Shown in pieces: positions 39,713 through 49,282 of a stretch of 64,000 nt of DNA. The notes under the pieces were generated by a model. It saw nothing but the letters and a program-made list of their open reading frames with translations. It did not search any database and was not told where the DNA came from. Positions within the stretch are counted from its first letter, which is position 1, and the number at the start of each line of letters is the position of its first letter. Both the position numbers and the translations under genes were made by a program. The stretch spans positions 62,001 through 126,000 of the IMG/VR virus record IMGVR_UViG_3300033153_015063; one strand, written 5' to 3'.

Positions 39713-40321
39713 CTACTTGACCATCCGGCGGCCCTGAGCAGTCAGCCAACCGCCCAGAATCCATACCAAAAACATGTAAAAGAGGGCAATGCGGAAGTTC
39801 CACCCACCCGGGTAATGGATGACGCCTGAGTCCACAAAAATGATGCCCTCCAGCACCCAATCTCCAGCGGCTGCAGCGAGACCAATGAGCACCACCATCT
39901 CACGTCTCTCAGCGATAAGAAGGCCAGCTACTCCTATGAAGAGGATAGTCCATGTCACGTCACCTGAAAGTAGGAACACGACGAACCCAACACCAACCAG
40001 AAGTTCAGGGGCCCCAAACTGTGTGATGGTGTCGATTTGAGTGTTGTAAGTGGTCTGGAACAGCCACAGAAAGATAGGGGCCATGAAAGCGAGGGTCAGT
40101 GGTATCTCGATAGGGACTCCTCCTATCATCAACATACTATCGTGGTACTCCCACCGCCCAGCGATCACACCCCTGTATTCCAGTATCCAGTCACCGATAG
40201 CCACGAACACGCCAATGTAGAATGCCTGACGCTTAAGACGTGGCGTCAACCGAAAGAAGGCAACGACACCAAGTAGCACTGTGATGATGAAAGCACTCTG
40301 AATCGCTAGTAGACCATCCAT
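39713..40321 (-). CDS. polytopic membrane protein
   Basis: GDWILE and GDWVLE internal repeat; TATATAAA upstream. Confidence 0.75.
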   Translation of the reverse strand: MDGLLAIQSAFIITVLLGVVAFFRLTPRLKRQAFYIGVFVAIGDWILEYRGVIAGRWEYHDSMLMIGGVPIEIPLTLAFMAPIFLWLFQTTYNTQIDTITQFGAPELLVGVGFVVFLLSGDVTWTILFIGVAGLLIAERREMVVLIGLAAAAGDWVLEGIIFVDSGVIHYPGGWNFRIALFYMFLVWILGGWLTAQGRRMVK

Positions 40322-40374
40322 TGTATGGGGAAGGAATTAGACATATATAAAGGTTGAAGGTTGAGGTTCCGCTT

Positions 40375-40408
40375 CATCCAGCATCCAGCATCCAGCATCC
40401 AGCATCCA
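40375..40408. repeat. CATCCAG tandem repeat, about 5 copies
   Basis: read directly; intergenic between divergent genes. Confidence 0.85.
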
Positions 40409-40443
40409 AAACTTCTTAAAGTCACTCTGGTGTTGGTTGGATA

Positions 40444-41226
40444 GTGGAAGTTGAGTATTACCTTCATATAGCATGTTTCTGGAACATCAAGCGTACCAAG
40501 TATCATGCTAACAGAGATGAGAGGAGGGACATCTTCTCTGGAACTCTCTGCTTCGAAAGATTGAGGAGTCCCAACAAGACCACCTATCTGGTCCATCGTC
40601 GGGTCTATCCATTGGTATTGATGGTGTTCCAGGACCTACGCATCCTCAGTGTAGTTCCAGTGAAGGAAGAACAACATAAAATATTCTACGGACAGTGGAA
40701 AGAAGATTGCCGTGAATCCATCAGAATGATTGCCGATGCAATCGAAAATAAAAAGTTGAATGCCAATGTAGGTTATCGTAAATATATACTCCAGATAGTG
40801 ACTGCAACTATGTTTGAGGATGAAATTAAAGAGGAACTATCACATTATTTGAGTAGACTACCCAGAGGTCATATAAAAAATCACGTTAACAAATTCCGAA
40901 GCAGCTTGACAAGGATGTACATGTTTCATACCTGGTTCTTTAACTGTTATAGTAAAATTGTTCAGAGTCTACCAGTGCCAGTAACCACAGAAAGTTCCGA
41001 GTACAGAATAGTACAAGTTATGGGTCGTAATACAAAGAATAGTACCAGGGCAATCAGATATAAGCTGGAGGAAAGATTTATAGATGGTAACAAGAGATGT
41101 ATAAAACACTACGACACAATAGAAGAGGCCGAGAATAAAAAAATGATGTATGAACAACTTAGAGATGAAAAACACATCAGAGATTTAATAGATAATGACT
41201 TGAGGAAATCCTTTTCTGGTGAATAG
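40444..41226 (+). CDS. hypothetical protein
   Basis: 260-aa ORF. Confidence 0.7.
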   Translation: MEVEYYLHIACFWNIKRTKYHANRDERRDIFSGTLCFERLRSPNKTTYLVHRRVYPLVLMVFQDLRILSVVPVKEEQHKIFYGQWKEDCRESIRMIADAIENKKLNANVGYRKYILQIVTATMFEDEIKEELSHYLSRLPRGHIKNHVNKFRSSLTRMYMFHTWFFNCYSKIVQSLPVPVTTESSEYRIVQVMGRNTKNSTRAIRYKLEERFIDGNKRCIKHYDTIEEAENKKMMYEQLRDEKHIRDLIDNDLRKSFSGE

Positions 41227-41427
41227 ACTTACACCTTATTATACTATAAGTATATATAGAGGAAATGCGTTTAACTGTGGCAGTTAGTAAGGATAGTGCC
41301 ACAGTTAAACACTTTTTTTTACCTTTGGCCAAAGTGAAACTATAGATTCCACTTTATTAAAATCCACTTTATTAAAATGGGTTGTATGAAATTGGTTGTA
41401 TAGTGAATGTTGACCTGTTCGAGTAAC

Positions 41428-41880
41428 TCAGATCCAGTACTCTTCCTCCTCATCTGCCTTGCGTTCCTCTTCTTCCTTCTCCTTTATCCTTCTGTCCCAC
41501 TCTTCTTCTGTGAGTGGTGACGCTTTGTGACACTTCTGGATGAACTCTTCAGATACCATCCACATCTCTTCAGCATAGTGGATCTTACATTGTGGACAAA
41601 AAGATGTTGCCACACCACCAGAACATTGTGGGCAGAGTGGGATAAGATACTCCTCGATGCCGTTGAACCTGAAATCATTCCCATGTAACATCCGGTGCCT
41701 CTTGTCAAGCTCTGCGGTGGTAAATTTCTCCCACTCTTCTGGGTTTTTATCCTGTAGCAGTTTGACGATCCAACAGGCACTCACCTCTCTCTCCATGTTT
41801 CCAAAGGATGCAAAAAAGTGTTTTTTTGTGTCGATATCCATTGGTTTGATAGTCTCTTCGGGATCATCTATGTCATCCAT
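41428..41880 (-). CDS. hypothetical zinc-ribbon protein
   Basis: CPQC...CPQCKIH. Confidence 0.7.
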   Translation of the reverse strand: MDDIDDPEETIKPMDIDTKKHFFASFGNMEREVSACWIVKLLQDKNPEEWEKFTTAELDKRHRMLHGNDFRFNGIEEYLIPLCPQCSGGVATSFCPQCKIHYAEEMWMVSEEFIQKCHKASPLTEEEWDRRIKEKEEEERKADEEEEYWI

Positions 41881-41968
41881 ACATTCGAAAAGGTAGGTAC
41901 GAGTTTAAAAAGATAAATGAAAAAGATGGGCCGAGAAAAATCAAGGGGGGCCCAGACTTCTCGACCCA

Positions 41969-42044
41969 AGGCGGGTAGCGGATTCGAACCGCTGTGGTCT
42001 CTACAGGTGATGTATGATATGAGACACACCTCCATCGACCCACC
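41969..42044 (-). ncRNA. 76-nt tRNA-like RNA lacking a D-stem, with an anti-RBS loop
   Basis: acceptor GGTGGGT/ACCCGCC; stem GTCTC/GAGAC around loop ATATCATACATCACCTGTA; T arm AGCGG-TTCGAAT-CCGCT. Confidence 0.7.
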
Positions 42045-42340
42045 ATTTGACCAGAGGACCTTATAGATCCAATCCCCTGGTCCCCCGGAGGACAATCCAA
42101 AGATGACCATCCGGGTCCTTCGTAGTTCAGTATATCCTGCTTCGGTTCACCCCCATCTGATGGTGGGTATTTCACTCTCAGCAGTCCCCCGGTCCAGGGT
42201 GTATCAAACTTCCCAAGGGGGGCACCCAGCGGGCAATCCTGTGAAGGGTTCGCCAGGTGGATACTCTCAAACTCCGTGTGTGTTGTTGTTGTTGTTATTT
42301 CAGTTGCTGGCTACTTTTGTAACCACCTCCGTTGAAAGTG
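42045..42340 (-). ncRNA. putative structured RNA co-transcribed upstream of the tRNA-like element
   Basis: hairpins GACCAGGGGA/TCCTCTGGTC, CCCGGA/TCCGGG and CTGCT/AGCAG; motif at 42377-42393 and TTTAAGAA box at 42362; no convincing CDS. Confidence 0.45.
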
Positions 42341-42406
42341 AATATATGTGGGAGTTCTTAAAGATTTCTGGAGTTCAACCGTAAAAAGCGTAATGATACT
42401 CGGAAC

Positions 42407-42949
42407 CTATATCCTTCGCCCAATGGACTGAACATGCCTATCACGGGTTTTGCCGACTATCGGGGTTCCAACCACGTAAAAGCTATCAGGGTACTTTGCC
42501 AGGTCTCTGGTCACCCATTCGTTCCCACCCATCGAAAGGCCATACTTATAGATGGCCGATCTGACACGTTTTGATTGTTGACGAAAACCCTTACCAACCC
42601 TGAAACCAAGTTTGAGAAGTTCATCTCCATCGAGTGTGTAGTAGTTCTTATATGCTTCTGGGTCCTTCAACCGGAATTTTACTACATTTTCGGTGACCTC
42701 GGCCTTCAGGAAATACCCTTCAGGCAAAGGGACGTTTGATACGAGACCAGGGTTTTCCCTGACCACAGTCGGAGAGAGATTCTTCAGGTCAATCGTTTTG
42801 ATGTCCTTGGTCATAGCCGCCATGAACTCCACTTCTGTCAACTCTGGTTCATTCCCAACTGGACCTCGATAATCATTTTTCTGTGTAGATTGATTATAAG
42901 TGTATCTATAAAGGTTCCTATCTCCTATAACTACAATGAAATCTGACAC
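42407..42949 (-). CDS. leader-module protein, variant form
   Basis: NLYRYTYNQSTQKNDYRGPVGNEPELTEVEFMAAM. Confidence 0.8.
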   Translation of the reverse strand: MSDFIVVIGDRNLYRYTYNQSTQKNDYRGPVGNEPELTEVEFMAAMTKDIKTIDLKNLSPTVVRENPGLVSNVPLPEGYFLKAEVTENVVKFRLKDPEAYKNYYTLDGDELLKLGFRVGKGFRQQSKRVRSAIYKYGLSMGGNEWVTRDLAKYPDSFYVVGTPIVGKTRDRHVQSIGRRI

Positions 42950-43140
42950 TACCTACATCTCCGACGTATCCATTCACCGGCCCCAACGAGAGAAATGCCG
43001 ATGATGGTTCTGGCGGTCCTACCAATATCAGCGATAGGGAAATGGCCCACAGCGGGAGACAGAATACTGAGGATGCCATCTATGATAAGAAAGATACCCA
43101 ACACAATCAGGAATCCACCAAATTTCTCCATGTTGGTCAT
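42949..43140 (-). CDS. small 2-TM protein
   Basis: hydrophobic; in an operon between two leader genes. Confidence 0.7.
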   Translation of the reverse strand: MTNMEKFGGFLIVLGIFLIIDGILSILSPAVGHFPIADIGRTARTIIGISLVGAGEWIRRRCR

Positions 43141-43143
43141 TAC

Positions 43144-43641
43144 CTACTTCCCCTTCCTGATGGCTACAGAGAGTGGTTTCCAACCATGACCATCTCTCCA
43201 TTTATTGATTACCACAATGGCTTTTTTCTTCTGTTCATTCGTCATCTTCGAGGTCTGTTCCACAATACCCTTCAATCTCATCGAACGTGCATGTATGGTG
43301 CCCCTGTTAACACCTTCATCCATGTCCTCGTCGAGTTCGATGAGTATGTTTTTGACCTCACGAACATCCGAAAGACCCTTCGGGGCAAAATCTCTGACCT
43401 GCCCAGGTCTACCGAGATAGACATTCTCACCACCTGGTACTACAATCCTCTTCCCTTCGACGTATGTGACACGCCTATCCCTTTCTCTAACACCCACCAC
43501 CTTCATAATCTCCAGGAACTCCCCCTCGTCCAGGGCTGGTGCTTCTCCTACAGGCCCCTTGTACTGAGTTTGTTGTGTGGCCTGGTCATAGACATACCTG
43601 TATTTATTCCCTGAACCTGGAGGGATTTCAACTATGGACAT
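43144..43641 (-). CDS. leader-module protein
   Basis: MSIVEIPPGSGNKYRYVYDQATQQTQYKGPVG. Confidence 0.85.
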   Translation of the reverse strand: MSIVEIPPGSGNKYRYVYDQATQQTQYKGPVGEAPALDEGEFLEIMKVVGVRERDRRVTYVEGKRIVVPGGENVYLGRPGQVRDFAPKGLSDVREVKNILIELDEDMDEGVNRGTIHARSMRLKGIVEQTSKMTNEQKKKAIVVINKWRDGHGWKPLSVAIRKGK

Positions 43642-43702
43642 TACAGACACCTAGGATGATTATGGATGAGCTGAGGAGTATATAAATGTCCCGTTAACTT
43701 AT

Positions 43703-43783
43703 TCGTAACAAACTCCATTCTCAAATCGTAACAAACTCTCCATCTCAATCGTAACAAACTCCAAGTATGCTAGTTTGTTACGA
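43703..43783. repeat. TCGTAACAAACT, three direct copies and one inverted copy at 23-bp spacing
   Basis: copies start at 43703, 43726, 43749 and (inverted) 43772. Confidence 0.85.
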
Positions 43784-43802
43784 ATTTGTATTTGGAACGT
43801 AG

Positions 43803-44363
43803 TTATTTTCCGTCTACATCTTTGTGAATCTCTTTCATCCAGGCCAATCTCCCTCTGTCTTTTTTCTTTACCACCCATTTTCCATCTACACTCTCGTCCC
43901 AGAAAGAGAAACCTTCTGTCAGCCATTTCCGGTAAGCATCAGTGACCTCCTGGGCCGGTTTCCATCCCTTCGGTGGTTTGGTCTTCAGTGATATCTCGAC
44001 CAGGTCATTGTCGTTCAACTCCACCCCAAACGCCCCGATATCCAGCGTCAGGACAGCCGACAGGACCACTTCTGATACCGACCCACATCCCTGGCACGTA
44101 TGCTCGATTTCAGCAACCAAGACGCTCCAGGCTATCCCGGATGGGATGGAACCGTCTTGGCACTCAGGTTGAATGGTTTTCAACAACTCATCCAGCGTCG
44201 TCTCTACTCTGATAGGTATATCATCTTCGCTACCAGCAGGTGTCTCGACGTCGAATACATATGGGTCAAAGTTCCCCCAATGTGGCAATCCACTTAGGTA
44301 GCAATGTGGACACTGGAAGCACCATTTGTAGTCAAAAACCACGTCTCTCGGACCGATAACCAT
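43803..44363 (-). CDS. zinc-binding hypothetical protein
   Basis: CPHC and CQGC. Confidence 0.7.
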   Translation of the reverse strand: MVIGPRDVVFDYKWCFQCPHCYLSGLPHWGNFDPYVFDVETPAGSEDDIPIRVETTLDELLKTIQPECQDGSIPSGIAWSVLVAEIEHTCQGCGSVSEVVLSAVLTLDIGAFGVELNDNDLVEISLKTKPPKGWKPAQEVTDAYRKWLTEGFSFWDESVDGKWVVKKKDRGRLAWMKEIHKDVDGK

Positions 44364-44402
44364 ACTTCTACTTAGATGGGATGAGTTTAAAAAGAGTTCT
44401 TC

Positions 44403-44612
44403 TTATTTCTTATCTGGAGAATGAGATACATTCTCCCTGAACAACCATTCTCCATCCCAACCAAAATCGACCCAGTAATCATCACATCCTTCACAGTAGT
44501 AGATGTATTCACCTACGTTATCACCGATTGGTTTTCCCTCTTCGTTAACTGGATGCCAGTGACAACAAGTACACAGACCACAACCACCAGGGCACCCCTC
44601 ACTATCACTCAT
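44403..44612 (-). CDS. small Cys-rich protein
   Basis: ATGA coupling to the leader gene; 7 Cys. Confidence 0.6.
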   Translation of the reverse strand: MSDSEGCPGGCGLCTCCHWHPVNEEGKPIGDNVGEYIYYCEGCDDYWVDFGWDGEWLFRENVSHSPDKK

Positions 44613-45112
44613 CGTAACCAGGAAGATGGCTCAGGATTTTCCCACTTATCCTTAACCTTCTCTACCAATTCATCATCTCTTTTCTGGACCAACTCAGATA
44701 CCTTCATCCCTTTCTCGGTCAGTCCGCCCCAATATTCAGCGTAAGAATATTCTTTAAACATAGTTCTGATTTTCCCTCCAGTTAATCTCCACTCCATCAG
44801 ACCTTTTCGTTCCATTACCTTATAGGTGACCATTGGATAAAGGATGTGTTGTCCTCTACTTATATGGAAGTTAGTGTCTGAATCTACATCCCACCCTTTT
44901 CTCCCAAACAGTATAAGAACTTCCTTCTGTGTAGGGGAAAGTTCTTTGTAGATTTCTTCGATTTCTTTATTCTCAGTACCCATCCCCTTCAAGAACTCAG
45001 CCTCTCCCAGCTCAGGAGAATCCCCGACCGGCCCCTTGTACTGTGTCTTGCCGCCTTCATATTCGTAGCGGTATCTATTCCCTGAGCCTGGTGGAATCTC
45101 TACAGTGGTCAT
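44609..45112 (-). CDS. leader-module protein, possible winged-helix cargo
   Basis: MTTVEIPPGSGNRYRYEYEGGKTQYKGPVG; LSPTQKEVL...LTEKG. Confidence 0.85.
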   Translation of the reverse strand: MTTVEIPPGSGNRYRYEYEGGKTQYKGPVGDSPELGEAEFLKGMGTENKEIEEIYKELSPTQKEVLILFGRKGWDVDSDTNFHISRGQHILYPMVTYKVMERKGLMEWRLTGGKIRTMFKEYSYAEYWGGLTEKGMKVSELVQKRDDELVEKVKDKWENPEPSSWLR

Positions 45113-45267
45113 TGGTTGGAGATAACCGGGAGGCTATTTAAAGATTGGTAGAAAAGTATGACACCCGGCGTCGCTGTCATCACGGAGTCCGTTGACAGCA
45201 ACACCAGGGTCTGGCTGGGCAAACCCACCTGATAATAACTTGAGCTCTCTTTGTTCTTAAATGTTTT

Positions 45268-45651
45268 CTACTCATCAACCACTAGACCAAATAAGCCACC
45301 GAGTATTCCTGTCATAACCCCGTAATCTATAGGTCGTGAGAAGTAGTAATTTCCGTCCATATACCACTCCACCACAATAGTGGTGATGAGTATGATGAGT
45401 ATAAACAGTAAAACAACCACAATAAGTGCCGTAGGACCCTTCAGTTTATCTCTGATACCAACAACTTTCTCCCCTAGCTTAGGGAACGCCCATGCTGATA
45501 CAAATCCACAGATACCAGCAATACCTATCCACGTGAAAAAATCACCTATGGTGTATGAGAAGGAAGCACCTTCGACGAGTAGCATGTAGTTGAACGCTAT
45601 TGCTGCGATGATAGAAAACAACAGGCCGTACCAACATCTCTTTGTTGGCAT
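45268..45651 (-). CDS. 4-TM membrane protein
   Basis: abuts the upstream stop codon. Confidence 0.7.
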   Translation of the reverse strand: MPTKRCWYGLLFSIIAAIAFNYMLLVEGASFSYTIGDFFTWIGIAGICGFVSAWAFPKLGEKVVGIRDKLKGPTALIVVVLLFILIILITTIVVEWYMDGNYYFSRPIDYGVMTGILGGLFGLVVDE

Positions 45652-46224
45652 CTACTCCTCGGCCTCGAAATCCTCTTCCTCAAGGTCAGCAAGTCGATCC
45701 TCTATCTCCTCTAATCTATTGTCAATAGCATTATCCTCTTTTTTCAGTTGCAGGACCTTTCTTTTCAGGTCTGTGACATGCGTCCTATTCTCAGCAGCAT
45801 TGTCACTCACAGATTCTATTTCAAATTCTATGATGCTGAATGCTTTGTTCTGTTCGTTGTCGATGACTATAATAGCGTCGACAACGTTCTCTATCTTCTC
45901 CTGGTCGGTTTGGGTTTCCTCTATGTCGTCTTCTATCTCTTCGAGTTGATTGACGACCCGGCCGGCAGCATCTTTGAAACCCCCTACACCCTCCAATACT
46001 TTCGGCCTCGGTGGATCAAAATCTCTCCAGTCATCGACCCACTCCACAAAATCTCCGACCCCGACAACTACATCATCGTCAATTCCCATCATCTCCAGGA
46101 ACTCCTCCTCATCCAGGGCTGGTGCATTGCCGACCGGCCCCTTGTAGACCGTAGCCTTGGTCTCAGCATCATAGACGTATTTGTATCTGTTACCGCTTCC
46201 AGGAGGGATTTCGACTATGGACAT
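45652..46224 (-). CDS. leader-module protein with acidic coiled-coil cargo
   Basis: MSIVEIPPGSGNRYKYVYDAETKATVYKGPVG. Confidence 0.85.
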   Translation of the reverse strand: MSIVEIPPGSGNRYKYVYDAETKATVYKGPVGNAPALDEEEFLEMMGIDDDVVVGVGDFVEWVDDWRDFDPPRPKVLEGVGGFKDAAGRVVNQLEEIEDDIEETQTDQEKIENVVDAIIVIDNEQNKAFSIIEFEIESVSDNAAENRTHVTDLKRKVLQLKKEDNAIDNRLEEIEDRLADLEEEDFEAEE

Positions 46225-46280
46225 TAAAGGATGATAGGGGTGGGAGGATAAGAAGATTGTGGTAGGTCATAGGTCACTAC

Positions 46281-46688
46281 CTAAAACTCCACTTGAAGCT
46301 CGTTGTAATAGTCCCGAGGGCTTTTCGGGGAACGGCCGGCAATCAAATCACTGTTGAATAAATCGACCATATCACCGATAGTATCAGCAGCCCTATTTAA
46401 ATAATCTTCACAATCTGTATCACAATCTATAGGTAAATCTAACTGTTTTAACTGTTCAGATGTTATATAGTCATTGATATATGCATTATCGTCCTCTGCA
46501 AATTGTGAAAAGAAATATGTTAATCCAGACATCTGATAATGGTTCACCGTATTCCTGAACATCTCCAGGAACTCCCCCTCGCTCATCTCAGGAGAATCCC
46601 CGACCGGCCCCTTGTAGACCGTAGCTCCCTCTTCATATTCATAGCGGTATCTGTTACCTGAGCCAGGAGGGATCTCGACAATGGTCAT
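46281..46688 (-). CDS. leader-module protein with AT-rich cargo
   Basis: MTIVEIPPGSGNRYRYEYEEGATVYKGPVG. Confidence 0.85.
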   Translation of the reverse strand: MTIVEIPPGSGNRYRYEYEEGATVYKGPVGDSPEMSEGEFLEMFRNTVNHYQMSGLTYFFSQFAEDDNAYINDYITSEQLKQLDLPIDCDTDCEDYLNRAADTIGDMVDLFNSDLIAGRSPKSPRDYYNELQVEF

Positions 46689-46824
46689 CAAGGAATAGAA
46701 GGGGTGGTGGGTATAAAAATGTGATGGTGGGGTGTGGTGGGTGCCCCGGTTCCTTCATTTCTATCTTCCATTTTCCATCACTACTCAATTTTTTCATTTA
46801 ACTTACAACTAATTATATGAATGG

Positions 46825-47127
46825 TCAGTCAATGGCATCAAATATTACATTGTGCCCTTCTATCACATCTATAAATTTTGATATGAAGTCACTTGTGGTG
46901 TTCCAATCGTCTGGGTTTTTACTTACTTTACAGCACCACATCCTGATATGGTAGGCATCAGATTCAGCGGTGATAACCTTACGTTGGATGTTATCCTCAG
47001 CTCTCTTTGCCTTATCAACGATATCCTTCTGGAACATCTCTCTCTTATTGCTCGTGAGAGCTTCAAGTGCTATCAGGACCAATTTTTTATCCTTATTGAA
47101 TAGTGCTGAGCTCATTTTAATCATCAC
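46825..47127 (-). CDS. hypothetical protein
   Basis: coupled to the upstream ORF. Confidence 0.6.
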   Translation of the reverse strand: MMIKMSSALFNKDKKLVLIALEALTSNKREMFQKDIVDKAKRAEDNIQRKVITAESDAYHIRMWCCKVSKNPDDWNTTSDFISKFIDVIEGHNVIFDAID

Positions 47128-47750
47128 TCACATTTAGGACAGCGATATACCTTGTCTTCGTAGCGTAGCTCTGTTCCACAGAACAGGCAGCAGAGCCCAC
47201 CAATTTCAATCCGCTTTCGTCTGAGTTCGATAAATAAATCTTTTCGGATCTCATCTGATAACCCACTTGCCATAACAAGGAACTCATGTTTCCACTCTGA
47301 ATCCAGAACGTCCTGTTGACCAGAGTTATCTTTCGTGAATGTTTCACACAACTCGACTATCTGGTTCACCGCTGTCTTATGAAAGTACCGGTCTACTTGT
47401 GTTTTTTGACCTTTACCATCCGTTGGTGTGATAACGTTCAGAAAAGTGGAGAGAGATTTACTGATGCCTTCCTCCTCGACGTTTGGGGTGGTCATGTGTA
47501 ACACCACGTGGCCTTCTTCTTCGACCTTGATTACTTTCTCACCGATGACATGACTATCCCTGGTTGTATGGAAATCCGAGAGTCGATATTCTTCAAACCA
47601 TTCCTTCTTGATGTCCTCGATACTTCTGTTATCGAGATTGGTGGTCTTTTCATCGACCATCGTCACAACATACCTTTTCTCGATTGTGACTCTCAGAATC
47701 TTCTCCCTGGGAAATGGATACTCGATCATGGTATGTGAAGAACGTAGCAT
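47124..47750 (-). CDS. hypothetical protein with a C-terminal zinc ribbon
   Basis: CLFC...CPKC. Confidence 0.7.
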   Translation of the reverse strand: MLRSSHTMIEYPFPREKILRVTIEKRYVVTMVDEKTTNLDNRSIEDIKKEWFEEYRLSDFHTTRDSHVIGEKVIKVEEEGHVVLHMTTPNVEEEGISKSLSTFLNVITPTDGKGQKTQVDRYFHKTAVNQIVELCETFTKDNSGQQDVLDSEWKHEFLVMASGLSDEIRKDLFIELRRKRIEIGGLCCLFCGTELRYEDKVYRCPKCE

Positions 47751-47859
47751 GTTTTTAAAGATTTCGACGTAACTCGTAGTATTTCATACTACATCGACTG
47801 CATCAATATAGTGTAAAAGTAAGCTAACTATAAAGATGAGTAATAATAAAATAAATACT

Positions 47860-48678
47860 TCATTCATTAATTTTACTTCCATCACCTTCAATATACAGTG
47901 CTATTCTACTATAGTTCCTGTCAAGTACTGCACGAACACCACCAGCTCTCCATCCCTTCTTTCGTCTGGTAACTATTCCCATTTTCTCCAACTCAGAGGC
48001 TATCTCTGATGCGTTCAGACCCTTTTCATCCAGTTCCCTGATGATAACGATGACTGTCTGTTCATCTTCTCTCTCAATCAATCTGGTGTTTTCTTTTTTG
48101 AGAACACCGCCACCCTTGTCGACTACATCGGATTTGACTTTGTAGCCATATGGTGCCTGCCCCACCCACTCTCCTGAACGCTGTTTTTGTTTGACACCTC
48201 GACGGGTATGCTGAGAAATCTTCATCCTCTCGTACTCTGCCATGTTGACCAGTTGCACGAACACAGAACGCCCCTCGGCTGTCCAAAGATCCAGGAATCT
48301 TACGGACTTGATAACCAACCTGACGCCGTATTTCCTGAGCTCATCCAGCATCCATAGGGCTTCCTTCACATCCCTCCCGAAACGATCCTCTTTTGCCACC
48401 GCAACGATGTCAAAAGCACGTTCCCTGGCGTCCGCAAGGAGTTGCTGGATCGCTTCTCTCTTCTCGATAGATGAACCCGTTTCCTCATCAGAGTAGGTCC
48501 TGGTCCATCTCCACCCACTTTCCTCATCGCACCATTCCTTGATTTCCTTCTCCTGGGCAGGTAGTGAGAAACGCCCTGAGATGAGTTTGTCGGACTTGCG
48601 AATGTATGCGACCACGATGAAACTCGGGCCGTCTTGTTCAAGCTTTGCGGTTGACAACTGAAATTTTGTACTGGGCAA
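47860..48678 (-). CDS. serine recombinase (resolvase domain plus recombinase-type C-terminus)
   Basis: AYIRKS catalytic motif; YSDEETGS...R; DRFGR; GQAPYGY. Confidence 0.9.
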   Translation of the reverse strand: MPSTKFQLSTAKLEQDGPSFIVVAYIRKSDKLISGRFSLPAQEKEIKEWCDEESGWRWTRTYSDEETGSSIEKREAIQQLLADARERAFDIVAVAKEDRFGRDVKEALWMLDELRKYGVRLVIKSVRFLDLWTAEGRSVFVQLVNMAEYERMKISQHTRRGVKQKQRSGEWVGQAPYGYKVKSDVVDKGGGVLKKENTRLIEREDEQTVIVIIRELDEKGLNASEIASELEKMGIVTRRKKGWRAGGVRAVLDRNYSRIALYIEGDGSKINE

Positions 48679-48866
48679 CTTAGAGACCCCCTAAACCAAA
48701 TCAAACGGGTAACGGGCAGTAACATGTTAAAGGTATTAAGTCATTCCTTAACCCTGGGTTGTTAACTATTCACTTTTATCAACCAGGTTGTAGTTTCGGG
48801 GGGCAAGATATATTAACCCATGTAATGTATTACCCAATCAGAAACATCGTTTCGAGGTGGTAGGAG

Positions 48867-49265
48867 ATGGACGAAGTTAAGGTGGACCAAACCAAGCTAC
48901 TCAAACTCTCAAGGGAAGAGCTCGTATCGGCCCTGTTTGATGCATGGGACGAGATCAAGGAAGAAAGAAAGGTGAGTAGTCGTGAGATAGAGATATTGGA
49001 GAAGAAGGTTGAATCCCTGGAGAAAAAAACCGAAGGGACCGGGGAACTCATGCCAAAAGAGTCGGTTAGTGGTAAGGTGACCGAGTATGATGAAGAAAAG
49101 AATATTTTTTACTTTGAGAGTACCGATGGTGAAGTGATAATAGCCCCAGCATCTGTATTTCCGATTGACGCTGTAGGTAGGTGGTATGAACTTCATATTC
49201 GCCGTATCCATTCATCAGGTAAGGTCGGAAAGTGGATAAAAATTATTCCGACCTATGGTATGTGA
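48867..49265 (+). CDS. coiled-coil protein between the two recombinases
   Basis: GAGGTGG RBS; N-terminal heptads. Confidence 0.75.
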   Translation: MDEVKVDQTKLLKLSREELVSALFDAWDEIKEERKVSSREIEILEKKVESLEKKTEGTGELMPKESVSGKVTEYDEEKNIFYFESTDGEVIIAPASVFPIDAVGRWYELHIRRIHSSGKVGKWIKIIPTYGM

Positions 49266-49282
49266 TGGGATGGATGTAAATA

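Noticed and set aside
41969-42340. tmRNA, RNase P RNA, SRP RNA or hammerhead ribozyme
   Set aside because: U3:G70 instead of G3:U70 and no tag frame inside the tRNA-like domain; RNase P and SRP signatures absent; CTGCTGA...GAAA lacks stem II.
41868-42384. ORFs 41868-42110, 41873-42175 and 42103-42384
   Set aside because: No convincing start context or protein-like features; they overlap the structured RNA.
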